Origin: Squalus acanthias
Taxonomy: Eukaryota
Direction of reading: 5' to 3'
Assembly: GCA_030390025.1 (NCBI GenBank)
Contig: CM059431.1
Span: forward strand, 123,072,001-123,136,000
Length of the DNA stretch: 64,000 bases
Shown: positions 23,483-35,106 of the stretch, piece after piece
Position numbering within the stretch: the first letter of the stretch is position 1
Layout of the letters: every line of letters starts with the position of its first letter
The notes under the pieces: model-generated
What the model saw: the letters and a program-made list of their open reading frames with translations, nothing else
What the model was told of the DNA's origin: nothing
The model's database searches: none
Position numbers and translations under genes: made by a program

Positions 23483-25455
23483 ATGTCCACGATCAAGCAA
23501 AAGTGTGTACCTCGGTTTGATGAGCCCTTCCTCTAAGCTCTGGTGCACGGAGCCAGATGAATAAGGAGGTGCTGTACCCATCCTCAGGGAGAAAAAAGCC
23601 ACCCCAGCAGACAAAAGCTGTGTGGCTGCAAGTGGCCGAGGAGGTGAACTCCATTTCAATGAGCCGCAGAACCTGGTTGCAATGCAGGAAGAGGTTTCAT
23701 GACCTTCTCCGCACAAGAAAAGTGAGTATGACTTTCCCATCACCCTCAATCTGATCCCCATTGCCTCTCCTCACCAGCACTCTGCTTTGCCAACCTCTTC
23801 CTCCACATCCCACTTGACACTTACATCCCTGCACCCTTACCCATTCTCTCTCTCTCTATGGTCACATTCACTTAACTATTCGACCATGCAGCCCTCACAC
23901 TCCCTATCACTGTGATGCAATGACAACAACAACTTACAACACAGGGAGGGTCCTTTGTATTCTACTCAGCATCTATGCTATGGATTCTCTACACTCACTT
24001 CTTCATTCTCACTCAAACTCCACTTGTGTCCCTCATTGCAGGAAAAGAGAGCCCACAATAAGAGGAAAAGAGCAAGGACAGGAGGAGGGCCACCCTCAGT
24101 AGCCCAGCTTAACCCCTGGGAGAGGCGGCCCTGGAAATCGCTGGGATCGAGGACGATACCCAAGTGGGGGATGGACAGATGAGCGCATCACAGCAAGCTG
24201 GTGACAGAATAGTTTGGCATCTCTCTCATTGACATTGCATGAGTCACTGATAATGAATCTGATGCTCTAACAGATTGACTTATGATCATCTGCAATATTC
24301 AATGTGCATGTAACCTTGACTTCACATCTCTAGCTCTTTCCTTTACTCCCCCACAGGACCATCGAAAGCCCCCGTCCCCACTGTCCAGGCGGAAGAGCCT
24401 GCGCTTCCAGACTCCTCAGAGGAAACTGCAACCTCTGAGGGTGCGGCGTCAGCAGAATTCAGCACAAGCAGCACCAGCGCAGACACTCACACCTCGGTGG
24501 GACTTCGCGAGATAGAGTAGTGTTGGCACCTGGTGTATCACAAGTGAGCATCAGCAGATGGTGGAGACAGGGTCAGCAGTGGAGAGTCCTCGTCGGAGTG
24601 CACAGGACTCTGCCAGCTCGGCTCAGCTGCATGTCGACCCTGTGCCTCTGGGTCCATCCAGAAGGAGAGCGGTGCTGGAACTCCAGGAACAGGTGCAGGG
24701 GTCTCTGGCAGGTTTTGTCTCCAGGGTCGCTGCGAGTGTGGAGCAAATGGAGGAGTCCATCGCGAACATCAGCAGAGCCTTTGTGGAGGCATTGGCGCAT
24801 GAACGCATCACCACAGAAAGGATGGCAACCTCCGTGGAAAGGATGGCTAACTCCGTGGTAAGGCTGGCTACCATAGAGGAGAGGATGGCTACGGTAGAGG
24901 AGAGGCAGGCTACGGCCATGGAGGAGCTTAGTCGCCAAGGTATGGAAAACAAGGTAATTGTTCAGAATAGAATGACATCTCTTGAGGAGCGATGGTCAGC
25001 TATTGAGCGTACAAACCAGACCTTCATGGAAGTCCTCTCGAGTAGGACTTCCAGTACAGAAACAGGTCCTCATGGACCCCCTGAAGTGCAGCAAGGTGCT
25101 GTTAAGCCACTTGCTAGCTCTGAAGTGGTGCTGACCCATGAGAGGGATGTTTGTGGCAGACAACAAGAAGTGGGGGCTCCTCTCCAGGCGCTCACACGAC
25201 CATGCCACTGCAGAGCCCTCGGTCAGAGCCCCACCAGAGTCCTTGCCCAACCGAGATCGGTGTCTCAACCCCTGCACAGCTGTTGGATCAGCAGACTGTT
25301 GCCGAGCCCTCACATGTTCGCAACCCCAGAGGACGACTGCCAAAGGCGTCAAGACAGGAGCAGCAAGAAAGTGAGCAAGGGGCCTCCACATCTGCTGAAG
25401 CCACAGGGGAAGCACGCGTAAGAGGAAGATAAAGCACAATTTGTCACAAGGGTAG
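23483..25455 (+). pseudogene. Harbinger Myb/SANT + coiled-coil gene, copy A (exons 23483-23721, 24042-24200, 24357-about 25455)
   Basis: GT-AG junctions equivalent to copies B and C; nonsense codon in exon 1 and 1-bp deletions in exons 1 and 2. Confidence 0.85.
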
Positions 25456-25701
25456 ACACTTGGGTGCTGTGATGTTTTGTATTTGGACCAGCCATCATTG
25501 TCATTGTATTATAAACAGATTTGATGGCAAACTGTTGAAGTTGTGGCCTGTGTCATTTCGCTAATGGGATTTTCACATTGAAGGTTTTGGGCACCTTGCA
25601 ATTGTCAGTATGGTTGTCAGAGTGATAGGAATCTGCAGGTTCTTGTCCATTGTCAATGCTCTGGTAAGAAGGTGTGAGACAAAAGTGTTTGATTGTGCAG
25701 G

Positions 25702-25927
25702 CTAACCAAATCTGGCCAAGATGAGTGCGTCCCTTGCATCCCGGGCAGCAATGTTGTCGCGCGCTGGCGCCTTCTGGCCTGTGCAGCTTCAGGTGGGTGA
25801 GCAGCAGCTTGACGCTCCTGTTGATGCTCCTGCTGTTGGTGCTACTGTTGTTCATAGTTCTGCTGCTGCCGCGGCTGGTCTTCATCCGAATCAAATGTCC
25901 GGAGGAAAGGAATTAAATAGTCGCCAT
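25702..25927 (-). pseudogene. Internally deleted Harbinger transposase (N-terminus fused to the last ~20 codons)
   Basis: ...AAQARRRQR joined out of frame to IAARDARDALILARFG*; compare 6510-7861. Confidence 0.85.
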
Positions 25928-26468
25928 GCTTCTGGTATATGCCTCAGTTGAGGAAGCGCTCAGTCAAGGTGGGGAGAAGGGTTTCCCAGGAGGTCACACT
26001 GGAGATGGGTGTCAGGCTCCAAACTTCCACAACAATGAGTAGGCCTGCTAAAAGTTCGCCCAGACCTGAGACAACAAAGTTCTGCCACCTGCAAATGATC
26101 ATCGGTGAAAACTCTTTTGTAATGTTGGAGCTGCAGCTGTTAGTAAGCAATCCACTTGTGAGGCCGCCAGGATTAACTGGTGTGTTCCAGAGGAGGCGTG
26201 TAGGATGGGGGAAATGTCTAAAAATCAGAAAGGCCTCTCAAAATGGGATAATAGAGGCAATTAAATGGTTGTTAAGGGCCTTAAGGGCCTATTCTACCTC
26301 TTGGAGGTGAGATGGAAATGGGGTCAGAAAACACGCATGTGGGAAAATTGCTCGGAGGTGGGATGGAGGCGGGATGGAGGTGGGATCGGCCCCGCCTGCC
26401 AGTTTTTGCGATTTTACCACCTCACACGCCTCCAATCCTGCCTCCTCGGGCCTGGCAAAATTGTGCCC

Positions 26469-26615
26469 ACAATGTTGCAAATGGAAATGGCAAAATCATA
26501 CAGCCTGAAAAATGGGGGCAGGGATTATAGTCTGAAATTGTTGAACTCAATGTTGAGTCCAGAAGGCTGTAAAGTGCCTAATCGAAAGATGAGGTGCTGT
26601 TCTTCGAGCTTAGAG
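26469..26615 (-). mobile_element. Penelope ORF C-terminus (end of GIY-YIG endonuclease region) and 3' UTR
   Basis: Minus strand KLEEQHLIFRLGTLQPSGLNIEFNNFRL*, matching the typical LGTLxPxGLN motif of Penelope ORF ends. Confidence 0.8.
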
Positions 26616-26899
26616 AGTTTGGGCTCGATTTTGTCATGGGGCGGGCTGGGGGCGAGTCATCCGCTTTTCGTGTTAGCCACCCGGCTCCAATTTGATGTGG
26701 GAAAAATATGCGATTTTCCCCGAATTGGGCAATTGATTTCCAGCGTGTGGGAACCCCTGGCCCAAATAGTCTTTCCATTCTGAAACTCACCTCCGATGAC
26801 GTCATCAATGCTGCTGGATTTAAGGCCTGCAAGCAGCCTTGCTTCTTCTGCAGACTGCAAACCTTTTGGCCTTTGCTCTGATAGTTTCTTCCAGGCAAA

Positions 26900-28918
26900 A
26901 TGTCCAGCAGTAAACCTAAGTCTGCACTGAGGTTTGATGACGCCACCCTGCAAGCTCTGGTGGAGGGAGCAAGAGGGAATAAGGAGGTGCTCTTCCCTTC
27001 TTCAGGGAGGAAGACGCCTCCCCAGCAGACGAAGGCTGTGTGGATGCAAGTGGCCCAGGAGGTCAACTCCTTGTCTATGTGCCGCAGAACCTGGCTGCAG
27101 TGCAGGAAGAGGTTTCATGACCTTCTGCGCACTGGAAAAATAAGTATGACTTTCCCATCACCCTCAATCTGATCCCCATTGCCTCTCCTCACCAGCACTC
27201 AGCTTTGACAACCTCTTCCTCCACATCCCACTTGACACTCACATCCCTGCACCCTTACCCATTCCATCTCTCTGTATGTTCACATTCACTTAACTATTCG
27301 ACTATGCAGCCCTCACACTCCCTATCACTCTGATGCTATGAAAACAACTTATAACACACAGGGAGGGCCCTTGGTCTTGCCACCTCACTGAATCTTTGTC
27401 TCCTTCTAGGCATCTATGCTAAGGATTCTCTACACTCACTCCTTCATTCTCACTCAAACTCCACTTGTGTCCCTCATTGCAGGAAAAGAGGGCTCACAAT
27501 AAGAGGGAAAGAGCGAGGACGGGAGGACGGCCACCCTCAGTAGCCCAGCTCACCCCATGGGAGGAGGCGGCCCTGGAGATCGTGGGAGTGGAGGACGATG
27601 TGCAAGTGGGGGACGGACAGACGGGTGCATCAGAGCAAGCTGGTGACAGAATAATTTTTCATCTCTCTCATTGACATTGCATGAGTCGCTGATAATGAAT
27701 CTGAAGCTCTAACAGATTGACTTATGATCATCTGCAATATCCAATGTGCATGTAACCTTGGCCTCACATCTCTGACTCTTTCCTTTACTCCCCCACAGGA
27801 CCATCGAAAGCCCCCATCCCCACTATCCAGGAGGAACTATCTGAGCCTCCAGACACCTCAGAGGAAGCTGCAACCTCTGAGGGCGCAGCGTCAGCAGAAT
27901 TCAGCACCCCCAGCACCAGCGCAGACACTCTCACCTCGGTGGTACCTTCGCGAGATAGTGTAGTGTTGTCACCTGATGTATCACAGCTCACAAGTGAGCA
28001 TCAGCAGTTGGTGGAGACAGGGACAGCAGTGGAGAGTCCTAGTCGGAGGGCGCAGGACTCTGCCAGCTCGGCTCAACTGCATGTCGACCCTCTGCCTCCG
28101 GGTCCATCCAGAAGAAGAGCGGTGCTGGAACTCCAGGAAGAGGTGCAGGAGTCTCTGGCAGGTTTTGTCTCCAGGGTCGCTGTGAGTGTGGAGCGAATGG
28201 AGGAGCCTATCGCTAACATGAGCAGAGCCTTTGTGGAGGCATTGGCGCATGAACGCATCACCACGGAAAGGATGGCAACCTCCGTGGAAAGGATGGCTAC
28301 CTCCATGGTAAGGCTGGCTACCGTAGAGGAGACGATGGCTACGGTAGAGGAGAGGATGGCTACGTCCATCGAGGAGCTTAGTCGCCAGGGTATGGAAAAC
28401 ATGGTCATTGTTCAGAATAGACTGACATCTCTTGAGGAGCGATGGTCAGCTATTGAGCAAACAAACCAGACCTTCAGGCAAGTCCTCGGGAGTAGGACTT
28501 CCAGTGCAGAAACGGGTCCTCATGGCCCCCCTGAAGTGCAGTAAGATGCTGTCAAGCCACTTGCTAGCTCTGAAGTGGGGCTGACCCATGAGAGGGATGT
28601 TGGTGGCAGACAACAACGAAGTGGGGGCTCCTCTCCAAGCGCTCACACGACCATGCCACTGCAAAGTCCTCGGTCAGAGCCCCACCAGAGTCCCCACCCA
28701 ACTGAGATCGGCGTCTCATCCCCTGCACAGCCGCAGGAGCAGCAGACTGTTGCCGAGCCCTCACAGGCTCGCAACCCCAGAGGATGCCCGCCAAAGGTGT
28801 CGAGACAGGAGCAGCAATAAAGTGAGCAAATGGCCTCCACATCTGCTGAAGCCACAGGGGAAGCACCACGTAGGAGCACACGTAAGAGGCAGATAATGCA
28901 CAAGTCGTCACAAGTGTA
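26900..28918 (+). pseudogene. Harbinger Myb/SANT + coiled-coil gene, copy B (exons 26900-27139, 27483-27642, 27799-about 28918)
   Basis: RFDDATLQALVEGA...VWMQVAQEVNS...RTWLQCRKRFHDL; exon phases join in frame; first donor mutated GT>AT; premature TAA at 28542 and 28818; basic tail PRRSTRKR. Confidence 0.9.
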
Positions 28919-29157
28919 GTCACTTGGGTGAATTGTCATGTTTAATGGTGAAAAGCCATCAGTTGGTTATTGTAAATAAAACATTCTGATGGCAACTGTT
29001 GCAGTTGTGGCAGTTGTGGCGTCTGTCATATCACTAATGGGACTTCCACACTGAGGGCTTAGGATGACTTGGTCAGAGTGATAGCAATCCACAGGTTCTT
29101 GGCCATTGTCAATGGTCTGATAAGACGGTGCGAGGCAAAAGTGTTTGATTGTGCAGG

Positions 29158-29384
29158 CTAAGCAAATCTGGCCAAGAGGAGTGCATCCCTTTCATCCCGG
29201 GCAGCAATGTGGTCGTGCGCTGGCGCCTTCTGGCCTGTGCAGCTTCAGGTGGGTGAGCAGCAGCTTGGCACTCCTGTTGTTGGTGCTGCTGTTGGTGGTG
29301 CTGTTGTTCATGGATCTGTTGCTGCCACGGCTGGTCTTCGTCCAAATCTGATGTCCAGGAGAAAAGGAAATAAATGGTTCCCAT
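29158..29384 (-). pseudogene. Internally deleted Harbinger transposase, same junction as copy A
   Basis: MGTIYFLFSWTSDLDED...AAQARRRQR joined to HIAARDERDALLLARFA*. Confidence 0.85.
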
Positions 29385-29628
29385 GCTTCTGGTATATGCC
29401 TCAGTTGAGGAAGCACTCATTCAAGGTGGTGAGAGGGGTTTCCCAGGAGGTCACACTGGAGATGGGTGTCAGGCTCCAAACTTCCACAACAATGGGTATG
29501 CCTGCTAAAAGTTCCCCCAGACCTGAGAAAACAAAGTTCTGCCACCTGCAAATGATGATTGCTGAAAACTCCTTTTTAATGGTGGAGCTGCAGCTGTTAG
29601 TAAGCAATCCAATTGTGCTGCCACCAGG

Positions 29629-31092
29629 TGTAGGGGGTGGTGTGGTAGGGGTCAGCCTCACATCTGACTCAGTGAGTGGTTCAAATCGCTCCCACGGCCC
29701 TGGTTCTAGACCTTCGACTTATTTAGGGGCTGTGAATAAAGATGCAGTAGACAACAGGTTCAGATGAAAGAATTTTGACTTTTATTAAAAGAAAAGGTAA
29801 CAAACTTAAAACACACTTAACACTTAAACAGGTTGGGTAACACACAGTACAGGCGAGGGAGAATGACAATAGACAAAAACCCTTATCCCTCCAAAAAATC
29901 CCACTATCTAGCTAGGTTTTGGTTTCAGGAGATCAGGGATAATGCTCACCAAACAGGGGTTTTGACAGTGCAAAATCCAGCCAGGTAAGTTGATTGCAAT
30001 TTTGAGGTACTCTCTTTTTGTCCTTTGGGGCCTGCTGTCCCCACGTGCTACCAGTCTGTGAAGTCTGCGATGGTGGTCTGGTCATCGAGTTTTGTTGCAT
30101 TGGAGGCTTGTCGGGGCGGTACCTTCTGGGGCTGGACCGTGGGTTGAGCGATGCCGACTCGCGCCCAGCCTCCAGTGACCTTGGCTAGTGGCTGCTAGTG
30201 CTAGACCGTGTGCTGAGCGATGCCGACTCACTCCCAGTGGCCTCAGCTCTAGCCCTTGCCTGGCCTAGTCTGTCCTTGCCTCCGATCTCGCCCCGGGTCT
30301 GCCTCGTGGCCTTGCTGCTTCTCTCGTCCTCCTGCTCATGTCGTGTGGCTGGTAGTGTCTTGCTGGAACTTGCTGCAACTGGAACAGAGCTGAGAGAGAC
30401 TTTCTTGGGGGATTAGGCCCTCAATTATACTGTTCAGACCCTTTGTCTTTTTTGCGCCAAAACCCCTTTCCTAAATCGGTTTCGTGTTGAAGTGATTTAG
30501 GTTTCAGTTGAGGCCTGTTTATTCCATTGTCTTAGTTTTGTGGGCTTGTTAAGTTTTGATGGGTTTAAGTTGGTGCTAAATTGTCCTGATGGCTTCTGAT
30601 GTCTCCCATTTAGGCAGGTCCTTTATCTACGTGCCAAATCTTGTCCCTATAGATACCCGGCTGATTGGTTTTTGATGAAGTAATGGCTGTACTAGATATT
30701 TTATTGTTTACAGGCTTCTGGCATCCTGTTTGGGCTTGGGGATATTCAAAAGGTGTCTTGAATTATTCAATTTTGGATGTGTTGTGAGGTATTGGGTGAG
30801 GTTCTTCCTCCTGCCAGGATTGCAGTGCAAACAAATTCCAGACAGCTTGAATCCAAAAGCTGTCCACTGCCTCGCCACACCCCTTCACAAAGGTGTTTTT
30901 TTCCCATAGTCATTTTCAAAAGTCATTTTTCCTCAGGGTTTATCTTCCCTGAACTTTAAAATGTCCAAAACTCAGGTTTTTACCTCAAATCACTTCACTT
31001 ATGTCCCATCATCCCAAATTCGTAGGAAAAATCCAAAAATCACCCCTTTTAGGGTTCTATACGAGTTTCTGGGGAATTTTGCGAAGCTTACA
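29629..31092 (-). mobile_element. Solo LTR, 1464 bp
   Basis: TGTAGG...CTTACA; 4-bp TSD CAGG/CAGG; absent from copy A at the equivalent site; AATAAA on minus near 29785; inverted homolog of 38712-39646. Confidence 0.85.
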
Positions 31093-31394
31093 CAGGTTTC
31101 ACTGGCGTGTTTCAGAGGAGACATGAAGCACGTGGGAAGAGTGTTAAAATCAGAAAGGCCTCTCAAAATGGGATTATAGAGGCACTTAACTGGTGGTTAA
31201 GGGCCTTAAGGGCCTATCCCGCCTCTTGGAGGCGGGATGGAGACGGGGTCAGAAAACTCGCATTTGGGAAAATTGCTCGGAGGCGGGATGGAGGCGGGAT
31301 CGGGCCTGCCTGCCATTTTTCATGATTTTAACACCTCACATGCCTCCAATCCCTCCTCCTCGGGCCTGGCAAAATCGAGCCCTTTGTCTTTCTG

Positions 31395-31650
31395 CAGTTT
31401 TGAATGTCCTGATCTGGGAAGGATGTCAAATTCATGAAGAAGGTACATAAAAGATTTCCTAAGATGATATCAGGGATGAAAAGTTTTGGTTATGTGGAAA
31501 GATGGAGAAGCTGATGTTCTTTTCACTAGAAGAGAGAACATTATGAGGAGATCTGATAGAGGCATTGAAAATAATGAGAAGTTATAGATAATGAGATAAA
31601 TAGGGAAACACTATAGTTAGTTTCAATGGGGCTTGAGGTAACCATATTGA
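31395..31650 (+). mobile_element. Decayed CR1 fragment
   Basis: GGAAGGATGTCAA...GATGATATCAGGGATG...GGAGAAGCTG, like 42225-42400. Confidence 0.65.
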
Positions 31651-32479
31651 CGCATGTGACAGAGATAATGGCAATGAAAGACAATCAGCCCCCTATAAAA
31701 CTCTAATTATAGTTAAAAAATGTTCTTACTAGTAATGAGGATGTGAATAAATTTGGTGTTAGGCAATTTATAATTGTGTTTCTCTGGATCCAAAGTCTGC
31801 ACTTAAAATTATGTATGTAAGCATAAAGACAGTTAAAGAGTTGGCTGCATACCATTATTACCATAATTCTTTCTACTGGACTGTCAGGGAAAATTACTAC
31901 CACTAACTCATTTATGATTAACAAATGGACTCACTGAGGTACCGGGAAAATATAAAATAAACCAAAACAAAAAATAAAAGCACAATATGTACCTTTTGAA
32001 GATTCACCTCTTTGTAATAGGGCAATTGTGCAAATGAACAGAAATGTTTGAAATATTGTTTTACATATAAGCATCAATACTTGCTTTCTTTTTAGAGTAG
32101 ACAGCCAAGTTTCAATCTAAATTGGTCTAATTCTATATTAATGTGATTGAGCTCAGTTCAGGCCTGTTGGGATTGAAACTCAGTGCTCATCCCTGACTCA
32201 CATACATCAAATTTAGCCTTTACTGTATTCATTAATAATATTGCACAACATGATTTTAATCCAACAGTGAGAATGGCAAATGGATCTTAACATCTTGATT
32301 CATATATTATTAGTCTGATCAAAACCTTATGTAGTGTTCTGGTTTATAAATAGCAGAATAGCCCACTAATTAATAATTGAGATTTTACTTTCAACTGAGA
32401 AACAATTGCTATTATTTAACGTTCTTGCTTTAATTCCCCCCTCTTTCTTCAAAATACTGACTAATGGTAGAGTTCATGC

Positions 32480-32757
32480 TGTTGCCTTATGGGACCATGC
32501 CCATGTGACTGTTCTTAATGTGTGAATGTGGAATGTGAATGTCAACAAGCGATTCATTACTGAGGGCAACATTAGATAGCGATCTGAGCAGAAACACTGG
32601 GTGGTGTTTTTTTTCCCTTTCTAGCTCAGGCATGCTAAGGCCAATCTTAGTACCTATATGGCCACTGTGAGTGAAATCAGTTGACTCAACACATACCAGA
32701 GAATGGAACCAGGGAATGGAACCAGGGAACATTCTCATCATCATGGCTCAGTTGCAT
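32480..32757 (-). mobile_element. Decayed tRNA-derived SINE, family unassigned
   Basis: Minus strand has a B-box-like GGTTCCATTCCC (locally duplicated) after CTGAGCCAT; body looks SINE-like. Confidence 0.4.
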
Positions 32758-32774
32758 AGGGGGCTGTGTTCTAT

Positions 32775-33444
32775 CAACCTGCTAACTACCTGTTAACAGG
32801 TAGTTAGCAGGCAGAAAATAGGATTATCCCTATTTTTAGCTCTGAGGTGCAGGCTTCCCGACCTCGGAGAACCCCACCAGGATGTAGGAGACGAGAAGGA
32901 GGTCTGCGGGGGTTGGAGGAGTCTGAAAGTGAGATGTAGAGGTGAGTGATGGGTGCAATTATGGAGTGGTAAGTATGTAAGGTAGATGTTACATGTTATA
33001 AAATGTTCACTTACCTTTGTTTCTGCCTACAGCCTTCAGCCGCTGTGGATCTGGAGTCCAGACATCTTCGTTGTAGATTTCACAGACTGGCTGTTGGATC
33101 CTCCGAACCAACAGCCAGGTGACTTTTGCAATGTTGAAAGGTTTGATGAGTCCTGAACACAAGGCTTCACCAAACTACACAGAATGTCAGTGTTTGACAG
33201 CTTCACAGAGCTGTCAAACGCTGACATTTCTTCTTTCAAGAAATCTTGACAGATGGCAGATCAGACGTTGATGTGCTCTGTCAGTGACTTCCCCCTAATT
33301 GGCCTGCTGAGCCCGCTGGGCAGGCTTAACAAGGTCAATCAGGGGAAAATCCCGTTGGTTGGCCAGAAGCTGATGGAGGCGGGATTGAAAGCCGGCAAGC
33401 AGCAGTCCCACCTCCAAAAGCTTCCCATTGACAAAATCCAGCCC
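32775..33444. mobile_element. Harbinger MITE (CCCGCCTCC family), left end truncated
   Basis: Colinear with 54450-55116; right TIR CAAAATCCAGCCC. Confidence 0.8.
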
Positions 33445-34161
33445 TATTATTTTGCATACATGGTTCTGGAAAAGAAAAGCACCAATTGCTCAGTAGCTGC
33501 ACACTAAAAATAACTGTTCTATGATAGTTAATGTGCTTTCATCTTATCTACAATTATAATCAAATTTGCCAGAGAAAAGAGCTGTGCTTAAAGGATAACT
33601 CCAATTTAATTTGTTCTTACTAGATTTGGCTGCGGCAGTCATGTCATAAGAATCAAAAGAATAATTATTGACATCAATGCTACGGAAAATAAATCTAACA
33701 CTAATATACTTGTTTTACACATCAGTAAAGTTGACATTAATCATGAAAGCTTTAAAAGCTAAAAATAAAAGTAATATATTTGATTAGGTAGTATTCAACG
33801 TTGATCCTGTTACCTGAGGTACTCATTGTTCCAGCAACGATGACATCTCTAATGTGGTGAGGAAGGTTAACTGTGATTTTAACTGCTCAGCCATACACTT
33901 GACAATAGGAGGAGAATAAATATCCAAAGCATTTACTGCTGAATCATTAAGCACATGCTGTATTTGGATTACAGAAATAAAATATAGAACATGTATATAG
34001 CACACAATTAATGACAGAATGCCAAATTTACTTCAATGTACAACACAAGTCAAAACATTCAGCTTGATTTTCCACTGTAAAAGTGAAAGTATGGCTTAGG
34101 GACAATTTCCCCTCTTACCAGCAAGGTAAATATGTAAATGTCCACAGGGATGGAATTTATT

Positions 34162-34875
34162 GGCCCGTATTTTCCGATGCCTCTGGGTGTGTACGAGCTG
34201 TGTACACACCCGTAGGGACATCGGAAATGCCGGTTTCAGGCATGCAAAGCACATCTGTCAAGAATCGCCTGCCCTGGAGAAGGGCCTCTGCGGGTGGAGA
34301 GTTCCGCTTTCTGCAGAACCTCCGCCCGCTGAAATCACTTAAAAATCTTATGCCTGGTAAAAGCGTGCATAAGGCCTGCTTTTACCAGCAAAAGAGTTTA
34401 AAAAAGTTAACAAAAAATGTTTTTTCACTCATTTATAATTTTAAAATACTTTTAAGAAAGCTAAGTTTATTTTTAGCCCCATAAAAATCATTATTTTTTT
34501 TCAAAAAATTAATTTTTTGTTTAAAATATTTAATTTAACGTAATTTTAACTCATTTTAAAAACGTGATTTAAAAAAAAAATATTTAATGCTTTGATGTCT
34601 TTTGTCAGTGATCCCCATTCATACTTTTGACAGGTCTATCTGTCAAAAGTATGAAGGGGGATTCCCTTCTCCCATTGGCTTCCAATGGCTCACGTGTTCC
34701 CAGGGATGCTTGCGAACTGCATGCGCCCCTGGGATACCTGGACCCTGCGCATTTCGTCGTGAAGAGCCCAGGATCGGAAATGGCCGGACCTCGGGAGCCT
34801 TCGGGTAAGGGTGTAGATTTTTTCCCGATAGGAGGCATCCGCACGCAGGAAGCCTCCAATCGGAAATTTCGGGCC
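34162..34875. mobile_element. Harbinger MITE with AT-rich core
   Basis: TIR GGCCCGTATTTTCCGA / TCGGAAATTTCGGGCC; TSD ATT/ATT. Confidence 0.9.
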
Positions 34876-35106
34876 ATTGTGTATTTCTGAGATCTCTGAA
34901 TTGGAGGCCTGAAGTCAGCTCCAAAGTTCCAGTGGTTTTGGGCATACACCAAACCTAGGAATCATCTAACGTGCTGGAACATCTGTTTGAGTTAGCTACT
35001 TTAACTAATATTACCGTAGAAAGGAGCCAACCTAGTATAATGTATGTAACTGTACATAGTGAACCCTATGCTCTTTCACTGGAGCCTGCCCATATCAAGT
35101 AATAAT

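Larger units (their letters stand above)
20501..26468. mobile_element. Harbinger copy A: Myb gene kept, transposase core deleted, LTR insert at the left end
   Basis: TIR GGGCTCGATTTTGCCA / TGGCAAAATTGTGCCC; flanks AAA/ACA; colinear with 26621-31382 after removing 20520-23232. Confidence 0.9.
26621..31382. mobile_element. Harbinger copy B: Myb gene kept, transposase core deleted, solo LTR inserted
   Basis: 16-bp TIR GGGCTCGATTTTGTCA / TGGCAAAATCGAGCCC; TSD TTT/TTT. Confidence 0.95.

Noticed and set aside
29629..31092. Ginger DNA transposon (TGT...ACA ends, 4-bp TSD)
   Set aside because: The terminal inverted match is only about 6 bp and there is a subterminal poly(A) signal, which fits a solo LTR better.
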